Shown here: positions 1 to 11,956 of the stretch, piece by piece | How positions within the stretch are numbered: the stretch's first letter is position 1 | Layout: each line of letters begins with the position of its first letter | Assembly: GCA_024679065.1 (NCBI GenBank) | Contig: JAGIQG010000006.1 | Location: forward strand, 124,124,001 to 124,188,000 | Direction of reading: 5' to 3' | Length of the DNA stretch: 64,000 nucleotides | Origin: Sphyrna mokarran | Taxonomy: Eukaryota | The notes under the pieces: generated by a model | What the model was told of the DNA's origin: nothing | The model's input: the letters and a program-made list of their open reading frames with translations, nothing else | The model's database searches: none | Made by a program: the position numbers and the translations under genes

Positions 1-84
1 CTATTATCAGAAATCTGTTAACAGAAATAAGCTGATATAAAGGTAACTCCACACAGAAAGTACAGCAGAAGTACAGCAATTCAA

Positions 85-785
85 ACACACTTTGCCGAGC
101 ACCTTTGGTCTGTGTGCAATCAGAACCTTGACCTTCCCATTATGTGCCATTTTAACATGATCCTGCTCCCATGACCATATCTGTCTTTGGCCTGCTGCAA
201 TGTTCCAGCGAAACTCAATGCAAACTGGAGGAAAAGCATCTCCATCTTCCGGCTAGTTTCAACAACTTGATGTTGCTTTCAACATCAAATTCAACAACTT
301 CAGATGATTTGCTCTACCTCACCTCAGCCCCCTTTGTTTTCATTCTATTTTATTTAATTATTTTTACTGTTCTCTACCTTTTTATTTCTTTACTGCCTTT
401 CTTAATTTTCTTTCCCCTTCCTACTCTTTTCCCCTACTTTATCCCCCTTCCCTTACCTTTCCTCCCCCTTTGCTTCTCCTTTCCTAAATCTTACTCTGTC
501 CCATCCATTTTCCACCACACCCTCCCCCAATATCTTCAATTCAGCTTCTCTGCCGTTTGGTCATTCACACCCTTTATTCTCTTTGTGAACATGACAGCTA
601 TTAGCAGTCTTTTCCCCTGGTTTCTGTGACTCTGACTCTTCTTTCCTTCCCTCCCCCGCAGTATAAATATCTCCCACTTTCTGTGCCTTTTAGATTTGGC
701 AAAGGGTCACTCGAAACGTCAGCTCTTTTGTCTCCTTACAGATGCTGCCAGACTTGCTGAGATTTTCCAGCGTTTTCTCTTTTGA
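85..785 (+). mobile_element. Penelope-like retroelement 3' relic (C-terminal GIY-YIG endonuclease remnant, pyrimidine-rich tract, pLTR end)
   Basis: Frameshifted FAEHL..DLP..CHFN..SVFGLLQCSSETQCKLEEKHL resembles PLE endonuclease C-termini; ends with degenerate hammerhead-like motif (693-723) and the AGATGCTGCCAGAC.TGCTGAG block seen elsewhere in the window. Confidence 0.7.
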
Positions 786-867
786 ATTCAACTCATCTAT
801 GTGTTGCCATTCTAATCAATAATTTATAAACTGTCTGTGCTGATATGTGTGCTATTGGAGACCAGAA

Positions 868-966
868 CACCTCATTTGCCTGACGAAAGACATAGAGCTG
901 AAAAGCTTATGAGTTTACTATCAAATAAATTGGTTGGATTTAAAACTGATGTTGCCAGACTTCTTT
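868..966 (+). mobile_element. Solo degenerate copy of the hammerhead-bearing PLE-type terminal repeat
   Basis: CCTGACGAAAG..GAAAAGCT..AAATAAATTGGTTGGATTTAAAACTGATGTTG aligns by eye with the arms at 9378-9461. Confidence 0.6.
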
Positions 967-969
967 CTT

Positions 970-1830
970 AGCTTTTTTAAAACAGCTATCCAATTAGTCC
1001 TATGTGTCTGCTCTTTCCCTATAATCTTTCATAGAGAAAGCTTCTGCAATTATCCAATTTCTTTTGGAGAGTAATTCACAAATCTATTTCTACCAAAATC
1101 TCGGTTGGACTTCATCCAGATCATACATCAGCAAAAATACATTTCCTCATCTTGCTTCTGATTCTTTATCCACTTAGCATAAATCCGGTTAACTTTTAGT
1201 CAGTTTCTCCTCATCTACTCTCAAAAACCCTTCATGATTTTGAACAACTTTATTAACCTTTTCTTAATCTTCACTGTTCTAAGCATGATCCCAGCCTTTC
1301 TGTAACTGAAGTTTGCATGCCTGGTAAATCCCCTCTATGTTGTTTTAAAGCCCTTGATGTCCTTCCCAAAGTGTAATATCCAGAACTGGATTCCAGTTGA
1401 TATCTAACCAGTGATTTATAAAGGTTTAGCACGACATTCCTGCTTTTCTAATCTGTGCCTCTCTTTACAAAGATCCGGTATATTTTTTCTAAAAAGAACA
1501 ATCTGTTCAATTTGTCCTGGCACTATTAAAGATTTGTGTACATATATCCCAGCTCTCTCCTCTTTACAACTGTACTATTACACTATCTCTTCTTATTCTT
1601 TCTACAAAATGAAACACTTCATCCTTTTCTGTGCTGAAGTGCATTTACCATGTCTGCCCATTTCACTGATTTGTTTCACCCCTGCTGAACTCTATTACCG
1701 TTCTCGTGTTTGGTAGAATTTCCAAGTCTTGAATCATCTGCAAACTTGGCAATGATGCCCGGTATTCCAAAGTTCAGGTTATTAAAATAGGATCAGTGCT
1801 CTGCCTGACGTATCACCTATCTTGGTGGTG
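970..1830 (-). mobile_element. Old degraded CR1 LINE fragment
   Basis: Reverse complement resembles the RT C-terminus and 3' region of the CR1 at 3441-5433. Confidence 0.55.
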
Positions 1831-2022
1831 GTGGTGGGTTGAGAATGGAGCAGATACCCACTACATAAGCCCCTCCATTCTGAAATGCACCCCTATTCTC
1901 AGCTCGCTGTCTGTTAGGCAACTTCTTTTGAGTCTGCCCCATCTCCATTCTTGCAATCCCAAAGTTTTGAAACAAGTTTGTCATGTGGTATTTATAAAAC
2001 ACCTTTTCAAAATCTAGATATA

Positions 2023-2318
2023 CACGTTGGCACAGTGGCATTGCTGCCTCACAGCGTCTCTTTCCGGCTTGGGTTACTGTCTGTGTGGAGTCTGCACGAT
2101 CTTCCCATGTCTGCATGGGTTTCTTTTGGGTGCCCCAGTTTCCTCCCATAGTCCAAAGATGTGCTGGTTGGATGGACTGGTCGTGTTAAATTGCTCCGTA
2201 GTGCCGGGGGACTAGCTAGAGTAAATATATGGGGTTATAAGGATAGGGCATGGGTGGGATTGTGGTCGGCGCAGACTTGATGGGCTGAATGGCTTCTTTC
2301 TGCGCCGTAAGGTTCTAC
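2023..2318 (+). mobile_element. HE1-like tRNA/V-SINE, tail A (CR1-type)
   Basis: V-domain GTGTGGAG..GGGTTTC..CCAAAGATGTG..AAATTGC plus CR1-like tail. Confidence 0.8.
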
Positions 2319-2900
2319 AAGAACTCTCTCCATTACATTATGCACCATAGCTACAAGTCCTTTCTCGTGGGTTTTTTTAAACCAACTGCTTTTTGCAGCT
2401 TGGCTCCAACTAGCAACCACTCTGTTACTAAGTGATGCTTCACTGATTTCAACAGATATTAATGGTGAAGGTCAACCATAAAATGAGTGAATGCAACAAA
2501 GCCATCATCAGTACTGCTGACCCACTTCTGTAGAATTTCATACACTGAATTACATGTCGTTTTAAACACAAATCTACAGCTGAGATTTTCCTTCTAATTA
2601 TTACAATGGCTTTTCACATATTAAAAACAAATCAAGTTCCACCTCCTCGCCTAATATTTAACCCAAATATAAACACTGAAAGCAAGTATTTCAGTATCCT
2701 CGTTAATTACTGGTTATAATCTAATAGTTCAATATTTTTCCCTCAGGTTTTCAATCTCACGTTTAGCAATTTATGATCTAGTTGTGTAAATGTTAATATT
2801 CATTGAGTATTTATTTAGATTTGTTCTTCATATTGTCTCCCACACATATCCTGTGTTTTTATTCTACCTGTGAGTCTCCTTTCAACCTCTTTCCTTCAAA

Positions 2901-3224
2901 GAATAGAATCATAGAACCCTACAGTGTAGGAGGCCGTTCAGCCCTTTGAGTTAGCACCAACTACAATCCCATCCAGGCGATATCCCCATAACCTCATGCA
3001 TTTATCCTAGCTAGTTCCCCTGACACTAAGGGGGAATTTAGCATGGCCAATCTACCTAACCTACACTTCTTTGGACTGCAAGAGGTAACCAAAGCACCCA
3101 GAGGAAATCCATGCAGACACAGAGAAAACGTGCGAATTCCACATAGACAGTGACTCAAGCTGAAAACTAACCTGGGTTCCTGGCACTATGGAGTAGCAGT
3201 GCTAACCACTGTGCCATTGTACCC
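2901..3224 (-). mobile_element. HE1-like SINE, tail A
   Basis: Reverse complement of the same consensus. Confidence 0.85.
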
Positions 3225-3440
3225 TTGTTAAGCACTTTGCAAAACTGAAGTAGATTATTAAAAACTGCTATATCTTTATTCTACTCATTTGCAATCTGCT
3301 TCTGGCGAGGTGCGAATGCACACTTTTGGCTCTCTTTCTGCTGTTCCCCATTGAGATATTTATTTTCCAAGGATAATGTGTCCTCCCTATTTTTCCTAAC
3401 TGAATGTGCTACTTCACATTTATTGACGTTAAATAAAACT

Positions 3441-5433
3441 TTGGAACCTTGGTGTACGAAAAAAGTTAATTCGCTGGTTAAAAGGAAGAAGGAGGCTTAT
3501 GTCAGGATGAGGCTTGAAGGCTCGGTTAGTGCAATGGATAGCTATAAATTAGCCAGGAGGGAGCTAAAGAGTGAGTTGAGGAGAGCTAAGAGGGGACATG
3601 AGAAGACTCTGGCTGATTAGGATTAAGGAGAATCCTAAAGCTTTCTTTAGATATGTTAAGAATAGAAGATTGGTTAGGGCAAGATTAGGGCCTGTCACAG
3701 ACAGCAGTGGGAAGTTGTGCGTGGAGCCTGAAGAGATTGGAGAGGCACTGAACAAATATTTCTCTTCGGTATTCATGCAGGGAGATGTAAATGTAGTTGT
3801 GGAGAACACTGGGATACAGGATTGCAAACTGGAAAGTATTGAAGTAGATAAGGAGGATGTGCTAGATATTCTTGAGGGTTTGAAGTTAGATAAGTCCCCT
3901 GGGTCGGACGGGATTTACCCTAGGATTCTCTGGGAGGCAAGAGAGGCGATTGCAGAGCCTCTGGCTCTGACCTTCAGGTCGTCGTTGGTTACGGGTGTGG
4001 TTCCGGAGGACTGGAGGATAGCGAATGTGGTCCCATTGTTCAAGAAGGGGAAGAGAGACGTTCCAGGGAATTATAGGCCAGTGAGTCTTACTTCTGTTGT
4101 GGGCAAAGTATTGGAGAGAATTATTAGGGATAGGATTTATAGTTATTTAGAGAGAAATGAATTGATTGGGGATAGTCAGCATGGATTTGTGAAGGGTAGG
4201 TCGTGCCTTACTAACCTCATTGAGTTTTTTGAAAAAGTGACTAAAGAGGTGGATGGGGGGTAAGGCGGTTGATGTGGTATATATGGACTTTAGTAAGGCG
4301 TTTGATAAGGTGGCCCATGGAAGACTTCTGCAGAAAGTGCAGATGTATGGGATAGAGGGTGATTTAGCTAATTGGATTAGGAATTGGCTAGCAGATAGAA
4401 GACAGAGGGTGGTGGTTGATGGGAGATATTCATCGTGGAGGTCGGTTACAAGTGGTGTACCTCAGGGGTCTGTTTTGGGGCCCCTGCTGTTTGTAATTTT
4501 TATAAATGATCTGGATGAGGGTATTGAAGGATGGATTAGTAAATTTGTGGATGACACTAAAGTCGGTGGAGTGGTAGATAGTGAAGAGGGGTGTTCTAGT
4601 TTGCAGAGAGACTTGGACAAGTTGCAGAGCTGGGCCGAGAGGTGGCAAATGGAGTTTTAATGTGGAAAAGTGTGAGGTAATTCACTTTGGCAGGAATAAC
4701 AAATGTGTAGAGTATAGGGCTAATGGTAGGACTCTTAATAGTGTTGATGAACAGCGGGATCTTGGTGTATGTGTGCATAGATCCCTGAAAGTTGGCAATC
4801 AAGTCGATAAGGTTGTTAAGAAGGCATACGGAGTCTTAGCTTTTATTGGTAGGGGGATTGAATTTCGGAGCCGAAACGTCATGTTGCAACTGTACAAAAC
4901 TCTAGTGCGGCTGCACTTGGAGTATTGTGTGCAGTTCTGGTCCCCACATTATAAGAAAGATGTGGAGGCATTGGAGAGGGTACAGAGGAGGTTTACCAGG
5001 ATGTTGCCGGGTATGGAGGGCAGGTCTTATGAAGAGAGGCTGAGGGATTTGAGGTTGTTTTCGTTAGAAAGGAGGCGGCTAAGAGGGGACCTTATCGAAA
5101 CATATGATTAGAGGTTTAGATAGGGTGGACAGTGATAGCCTTTTTCCTAGGATGGAGAAAGCTAGCACGAGGGGACACAGCTTTAACTTAAGGGGTGATA
5201 GTTATAGGACGGATATCAGAGGTAGGTTCTTTACCAGAGGGTGGTTAGGGAGTGGAATGCCCTGCCTGCGGCAGTTGTCGATGCGCCAAGTTTGGTGGCG
5301 TTTAAGAGGTTAGTTGATAAGTTCATGGAAGAGAAGGGAATGGTTTAGTTTGGAGGGTCATTGCTTTTTTCATAATTGGTCGGTGCAACATCGAAGGCCG
5401 AAGGGCCTGTTCTGCGCTGTAATGTTCTATGTT
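3441..5433 (+). mobile_element. 5'-truncated CR1-clade LINE (ORF2 reverse transcriptase, frameshifted)
   Basis: [83 protein letters not shown] over four overlapping ORFs; CR1-type 3' end TGTTCTATGTT. Confidence 0.95.
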
Positions 5434-5659
5434 AAAGTTTGTTTGTCATTTATATATCCATTTAGTAACTTTTATTTTATTGCAGCCTTCCTATTAAAAT
5501 ACATCTCACTTCCAATCCCAGACAAGTGCTATCAGTATCTATGGCTGAAAAATCTGATAAAAGATGAGGGACTCAAAATGGGATACTCCTACAAGAGTGC
5601 AACTGGGTAGCAACAAAAGCTATTAACAATTACCTGGATATAGATATAATTTACATTAG

Positions 5660-5983
5660 GGGACGGTACAGTAGCACAGTAGGTTAGCACTGCTGTCCCA
5701 CAGTGCTGGGGATCCGGGTTCAATTTCAACCTTGGGTGACTGTGTCTGTGTGGAGTTTGCACGTTCTCCCTACGTCTGTGTGGGTTTTATCCGGATGTTC
5801 GGTTTCCTCCCACACTCCAAAGATGTGCAGGTTAGGTGGATTGGCCATGCTAAATTGCCCGCTAGTGTCAGGGGGATTAGCAGGATAAATACATGGAGTT
5901 ACAGGGACAGGGCCTAGTGGGATAGTTGTTGGTGCAGACTCGATGGGCTGAATGCTTCCTCCTGCACTGCATGAATCTCCATG
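5660..5983 (+). mobile_element. HE1-like SINE, tail A
   Basis: A/B boxes, V-domain, tail A. Confidence 0.85.
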
Positions 5984-6034
5984 AAGAATGTCAACAGGTG
6001 ATAGGACATGTTGAATTTGATATAGAGAGATATT

Positions 6035-6894
6035 GGGGGTGATTCTCTCACCCTGCTGCACTGACTATTTTTTTAGCACAGCGGGCCTGGAGACTCAAGC
6101 ACTGGCTGACTAGTATAATTCACGCGGGGCGTCCGGGCCTGAGCAGGGCTCCCACAGCTGCACTTTTGATGCATCAGTTCTGCATTGGAAACTGGTGCAG
6201 AGCTGGATTATATATTCAAACCCTGCTTTTAATGTGATTTTAATATAATTAGTAGGCTCCGAATTGAAGTCTCTGCTTCTGCTAGCTTCTCCCCATCCAC
6301 TAGTAGTAGTTCCTTATTTCCCTCGCTGTAGCTCTCCACTGATGGGTGGTTGGTGGCCTGACCCCACTGGAGTGAAGGGAGTGGGAGTGAGAGAGGAGGT
6401 AATTGGGGCTGCCCAGAATATCAGGTGTTTGAGGGGGTAGAGAGTGCACACTGGACATTGTCACTATGGCTGCTGGCACTGCCCAAAGGCAAAGTGGCAA
6501 TGCTTAAGGTGCACACTGGCACTTCCCATCAAGCATGGGAGAGCGCCAAGGAAGCTTGGGGGTTCTGCTGCCAGCGCTTTTTGTCCAGACGTGGGTGGGC
6601 CTCAGAGGGCCAGCGATCGGAAGGCTGACAGACAGGAGCCATAGCACATCCGTCGAAGTCAGCACTGACAGATTAGTGCATGCACATTGGCTCGCTCAGA
6701 GCTATACTGCTGGCCTTTCCAGCAGGAATACGCCACACCGTCCCCACTTCTCCCACTGATTTCTGGAGCGATTCATAGTAATGCCCTCAGCAAAGCACAG
6801 AGTGGGAGTCTGTTTTTGAGACTCCCACTGAAAAAAAGTGCGATTTACTCCAGTTTTCACTAAATTCGACACTGAATTTTTTTGCGAGAATCGC
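6035..6894. mobile_element. Non-autonomous TIR DNA element (Harbinger-like), copy 1
   Basis: GC-rich block with termini GGGGGTGATTCTC / GAGAATCGC and ATT on both flanks; homologous in inverse orientation to 43126-43889. Confidence 0.6.
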
Positions 6895-7023
6895 ATTGTC
6901 TTAACTACCTTCTGAAATGATTTGACAAAACATTCAGTTCAACACTATTTCTAATGACTAATAAATGCTGGCCTTGTTAGCGGCACCCACATTCCATGAG
7001 AATAAATAGAGAAAAAAAATTAC

Positions 7024-7090
7024 CATCTTTTTCGAGATACCAGGTGTTGAGTTTTTGAAATAACTTCTCACTGCTACTGGTTCGTGCTGT
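7024..7090 (-). CDS. ECPAS: ECPAS exon 36 of window
   Basis: acag|ACA..G|gtaatt; TARTSSSEKLFQKLNTWYLEKD. Confidence 0.93.
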
Positions 7091-7631
7091 CTGTAAGACA
7101 ATAGTTCAGTTTTAGATTATTACAAGGTTCAAGAAATACAAACATACAAAATTAACAGGGGGGAGATGACTAATTGGTCTATTCGACCTGCCCCAGAGAA
7201 CGCCAAGTGTGTCATGATTAAATCACCTCCTCCACACGCACACCATCTACCTGTCATCATCAATTCTGCAACCTCCCCAAACAGGCAGAAAAAACCTCCC
7301 AAAGTTAATCAGGACAAAGAAAACTATCTAGGATAATCTCTCACAGGAAATCGAATGAGTCCACAGGACCACACAAGCCAACGTCCATTCACCTGGTATT
7401 TTATCTATATTTTATTATATGTGATCAGGTTTCCAGTCAGGAAGTGAACCATACACGCAGGGTGTCTGTGCTCACTGTCTAAACTAGTGTTTTTCTTTTG
7501 TTGTTTATGATTTTTGGGCTTCCTATATCCACTTAGCTAGCCTGGTTATGAGGAACACTATCAAATCTTTTAACATATTTACACGCTGTTATTAAATTAT
7601 CCCCAATTCTACATATTTCTAAAGGGAAAAG

Positions 7632-7972
7632 GCTGGCACGATAGCACAGTGGTTAGCACTGCTGCCACACAGCTCCAGGGACCGGGGTTCAATCACCTGC
7701 TTGGGTCACTATCCATATGGAGTTTGCACATTCTCCCCATGTCTGCATGGGTTTCTTCCAGTGCTCCGGTTTCCTCCCACACTCTAAAGACGTACAGTTC
7801 AGGTTGACTGACCGTGCTAAATTGCCCTCAGTGTCCCGGAATGTGTAGGTTAGAAAGCTTAGCAGGGTATATATGTGAGATTACGGGATAGGGCATGGGT
7901 GGATTACTGTTGATGCAGACTTGGTGTGCTGAATGGCCTCCTTCTGCACTGTAGGGATTCTACGATTCTATT
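7632..7972 (+). mobile_element. HE1-like SINE, tail A
   Basis: Full-length consensus match. Confidence 0.85.
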
Positions 7973-8079
7973 GAACTCTTAAATCTTTCTGAATGACTCA
8001 GATTTTTTAAGCTGGATTTCATCAATGGGGATCAGTTTTTGGATTTTGCTTCCATATCATCCAACATATGAGCGGACCA

Positions 8080-8240
8080 ATGGAATCAGAGAATCTTTAC
8101 AGTACAAGAAGAAGCCATTCGGTCCATCGAATCTGCACCGACAACAATCATATCCAGAACCTATTTCCGTAACTCCACATATTTAACCTGCTAGTCCTCC
8201 TGACACTAGGGTCAATTTAGCATGGCCAATCAACCTAATT
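8080..8240 (-). mobile_element. HE1-like SINE, tail A (5'-truncated)
   Basis: Tail only. Confidence 0.75.
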
Positions 8241-9045
8241 TGGATACTGGATACAGTTTTCCAAATTTGATGCATTGGTCATGTATAAAGACAAGTTGCT
8301 GAGCTATTTTAAATTGGATGGTTCGATTACCTAATGCTCTATTTGCTTTAGCAAATAAACCTCTGCTTATCACCATTAGTGTCACACATCAGGCAACTGA
8401 GCCGGATGCAAGGAATACAATATTTGCACGCTGTTCTCAAATCATCCCAACCCCATTTCTACAAGAAATACAAGTCTTTGAGTTTTTTTGAATGACTCAG
8501 TTTTTAAATTTAGAAAGTTAACAGCAACAGTGTCAAAATCCCTTTCTCTCTCAACTGATTTTAATTCTGCATGATATAACATGTTTAAACATTAAGGGGA
8601 GTGTGGGGGGAAGATTGAGGAAGGGAAGCAGAGTTGAGGTCACAATCGAATCAGTTATGTTTTTACTGAATGGTGGGGCAGGCTCACAGAGCCAAGTGAC
8701 TCATCATGCTCCTGTTTTTTAGGTTAAGAATGACCATTAGGAGAAATGCATGATGCAGCAATAAAAACTGCCATGAATTTGACTCGGAGACACAGGTTTA
8801 AATACAGCTCAGTCCATCTGAATGAGAGGGCCTGATTTTGCATTAATTGAGATTCTCATCCAGAATTCAGGGTAGCTGTTTCCAAAAAGGGAGAAACAAA
8901 AACTGCACTGCTACAACGAGGCTTTGAAATAAGCAGTTAGGCTTACCCTTTGAGGCAAAGATGTGGAGATTCTTGTGTTGGACTAGGATGGGCATAGTAA
9001 GAACTTTTACAACACCAGGTTAAAGTCCAACAGGCTTATTTGGAA

Positions 9046-9082
9046 TCACGAGCTTTCAGAGCACTGCTCCTTCATCAGGTGA
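9046..9082 (-). ncRNA. Minimal type-I hammerhead ribozyme motif
   Basis: UCAC-CUGAUGA-A-GGAGC-AGU-GCUCU-GAAAGCU-C-GUGA: intact core, helices I and II, palindromic AGCU in place of helix III. Confidence 0.7.
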
Positions 9083-9377
9083 GTGGAAAAGTACGTTTCA
9101 CAAACACAGCATATATAGACAAAGGCACAATTGCAAGATAATGGCTGGAAAACAAGTCTTTACAGTAATCAAATCTTCACAGATACAGACAGTACGAGTG
9201 GAAAGAGGGATAATCGCAGGTTAAAGAAGTGCGAATTGTCTCAAGGCAGGAAAGTTAATAAGATTTTGCAAGCCTAGGTCAAATAGTGGAGGTTACATGT
9301 AGTCACACATTCCAAATATTATCTTGCAATTGTATCTCTGTCGATATATGTCATATTTGTGAAGCCTACTTCTCCAC

Positions 9378-9413
9378 TCACCTGATGAAGAACAGTGCTC
9401 CGAAAGCTCGTGA
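9378..9413 (+). ncRNA. Minimal hammerhead ribozyme motif (helix II damaged)
   Basis: UCAC-CUGAUGA-AGAACAGUGCUCC-GAAAGCU-C-GUGA. Confidence 0.55.
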
Positions 9414-9624
9414 TTCCAAATAAACCTCTTGGGCTTTAACCTTGTGTTGTGAGGCTTCTTGCTTTGAGGCAAGTAAAAGCAATCTCAGTCTGCATCTCTT
9501 AGATGCAACAATTTTTGCATGCTAACAACAGATTCCAAAGGTACTCAAGAATTGTGCCTTGCCTTTCACAATACAGAGATCCATCCAAATGTCTCTCTTT
9601 CCCTTCATTTCCCAGCTTCATAAT

Positions 9625-9780
9625 ACTGAAAGCTGTGCTGGTTAGGTGGATTGGCCATGCTAAATTCTCCCTCAGTGTATCCAAACAGGCACAGGAGGGT
9701 GGCGACTGGGGGATTTTCGCAATAAATTCATTGCAGTGTTAATGCAAGCCTACTTGTGACAATAATAAAATAAATAAAAG
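9625..9780 (+). mobile_element. HE1-like SINE, tail B (5'-truncated)
   Basis: Ends TTGCAGTGTTAATGCAAGCCTACTTGTGACAATAATAAA. Confidence 0.8.
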
Positions 9781-9816
9781 TCATGTCACAGCTAAGATGC
9801 AGATAAGGATACTCAC

Positions 9817-9908
9817 CCGAACCAAATGACCCAATGCCACTGCGTATGCTTTTCGTATGACACTACTCCGATCGTTTAAACCAGACAGGAGGGCACTCAT
9901 CAATTTAC
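9817..9908 (-). CDS. ECPAS: ECPAS exon 35 of window
   Basis: gcag|GT..CGG|gtgagt; [30 protein letters not shown]. Confidence 0.95.
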
Positions 9909-10433
9909 CTGCCAGCAACAAGAGAGCAATGTTACAACAGAATCAGCCAATGCCGGTGCTTATCCCTTTCAGCCCTTACTCTTTCAGTTTTCATTCAAGG
10001 TATTGGCCATATTTTCTTGCCCAGTGCTGTAATGGGTTGTTTTCAACTTAACTTTTATTAATGTTTCTTAAAGGTAACAGCAAATGCAGTCACTTGACTT
10101 TGGGATGACACTTCATACAATTTGGAATTCACTGGGCCTGTGAAAGTGGATCCAATAGAAACATTAAAAAAAGGAATTTGTTGAAAACTTGAAGGGAAAA
10201 ACTTTGTTGGGGTAATGCAGAAAGAACAGGGGGGCGGGGAATGGGGGTTAATCGAATTACTCTTTCAAAAAGAGCTGGCACAGGTGCAATGGGCCAAATT
10301 GCCTCCCATCTGTGCTTTTTAAAATTTAAGCTAAAAAACAGGCATCACAGTGAAATTGCGTGTGATAGTAAGCTTTTTACAGCAGTCCCCTAAAGTGAAA
10401 TAGACAGTTTCAAGAATAAGTCCGTATACTAAC

Positions 10434-10500
10434 CTGCATAAGGATTTAAATCCTGTTGACATTTGGTTGTCAAAAAAACTACTACATGGGCACAGCCTCC
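10434..10500 (-). CDS. ECPAS: ECPAS exon 34 of window
   Basis: acag|GGA..G|gttagt; GGCAHVVVFLTTKCQQDLNPYA. Confidence 0.94.
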
Positions 10501-10737
10501 CTGTAAATTAGAGCAGCATATTAACCAGTTGCATTTGCATTTTGATCATCATCACTGAAGGCAATAAACCGATGGTTTTAGTTAACTAAACAATGATATT
10601 GAAAAGTATCATAGGGATATAACTTTGAAAGCAATACTTTCAAAGTTATTTTTGGGAATAGGCAAATTAATTTAGCAGGTTATTAATATTTCTCATGTTC
10701 CTTCATTTCCCTCATTCTCAATTTGAAAATGTTAACT

Positions 10738-10875
10738 TAGAATCATAAATCCCTATTATGAAGGAGGACATTGGCCCATTGAGTCTGTACTGACCACAAT
10801 CCCAGCCTGGCCTTATTCCTGTAATCTCTCCTATCTACCCTGCTGAGCCCCTGACACTAAGGTCCATTTGGCATG
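10738..10875 (-). mobile_element. HE1-like SINE, tail A (5'-truncated)
   Basis: Tail only. Confidence 0.7.
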
Positions 10876-11034
10876 AGAGAGATGTGTGGGGTTATGGGGG
10901 GGGGGGGGTCAGGTGGTATTACATATTTCCCAGCAGGGATTTCAGGCTTATCGAATTACGAGGAAACTGGAGGCAATCACAGTGCTCCTAACAACATCGA
11001 GTCAACTGAAACCAGCAAATGCAACAAAGACCAA

Positions 11035-11137
11035 GGCTAGAATTCTCCAATCGTGTCCGCGACTGGGATTTTTCAGTCCTGCGACTGGGAATGAAGATTC
11101 GGCTGACTGGGTGTACATCATTAGAGAATTCCAGCCC
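11035..11137. mobile_element. About 100-bp MITE
   Basis: GGCTAGAATTCTCCAAT versus ATTAGAGAATTCCAGCC (15/17 inverted match); CAA on both flanks. Confidence 0.55.
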
Positions 11138-11144
11138 CAAAAAT

Positions 11145-11632
11145 TATTGAACTGTGTTCAATTCTGGGCATCATGCTTTACGATGGACGTGAAGACACTG
11201 GAAACTGTCCAGAAAGGGCATCTGTTAGAAGAATAGGTTGGAGAAGGTGGGGCTGTTCTCTTTAGACAAGGACAAGAGAAGATTTGAAAGAAGTGTTCAA
11301 AATCAAGAGGTGTCTAGACAGAGGAGAAAAGGAGAAACCTTGCCCACTGATCAGAGAGTTGAGAAATAGAGAACACCGATTTAAAGTGAATGGCAAAAGA
11401 AACAATGACAATGCGAGTAATTTTCTTTTTCACACAGCATTCTGTTACTCCTCCTGTCCGTGTGACAGAGGAACTCTCTGTTGTGGCTTTCAAAAGAGAT
11501 TTGGAGAATTATCTGACGAGAAAAATATTGTGGGGTTATAGGGCAAAAACAAAGGCATGGGAATGGTGTAGCTCCTATAGAGAGCCAGCACAAACACAAT
11601 GGGTTGAAGGGCCTCCTTCTGTGATTCTATGA
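11145..11632 (+). mobile_element. Degraded CR1 3' fragment
   Basis: CVQFWAS..DVKTLETVQK; DLKEVFKI. Confidence 0.6.
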
Positions 11633-11956
11633 TCCTAATCAAAGTTAAAAATGATTGGTTTATGATTAGGTTTCATAAAGGTTTTGGTGGTTGACCAAAG
11701 GGGCTATATTACATTAAATTACTCAGTAAATACTTTGTCATTTCACAGCTAAAATGCTGACAGTCCCATCACAAAGAGCAACTGACCTCACAATTTGACA
11801 CAATAGATCATTAAATAGCAGGTTATCTGTTTCTGAGCTGTGCTTATATTTTAATTTATGAGAGAAACCTTCAATAGTGTAAAAGTAAAAGTTTAAGGTG
11901 AACATACAAGTACAATCAGGCTGCTTATACGTCTTTTGTGATATTTTACGACTCAC

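Larger units (their letters stand above)
8959..9461. mobile_element. Fold-back Penelope-derived element: two inverted hammerhead-bearing arms, 11-bp TSD
   Basis: About 150-bp inverted arms (approx. 8997-9150 and 9310-9461); CTTTGAGGCAA at 8948-8958 and 9462-9472. Confidence 0.8.

Noticed and set aside
171-629. 152-aa hydrophobic ORF resembling a membrane protein
   Set aside because: N-terminus is a PLE endonuclease remnant; the F/L/P-rich part comes from a low-complexity pyrimidine tract.
2420-2520. Possible intronic C/D snoRNA (minus-strand TGATGA near 2505-2510)
   Set aside because: No downstream CTGA D box at a suitable distance and no terminal stem.
1-7023. Next ECPAS exon expected after WYLEKD (and the exon preceding 60759)
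   Set aside because: No matching reading frame found in 1-7023 or 60760-64000; most simply they lie outside the window, so this is not evidence of truncation.
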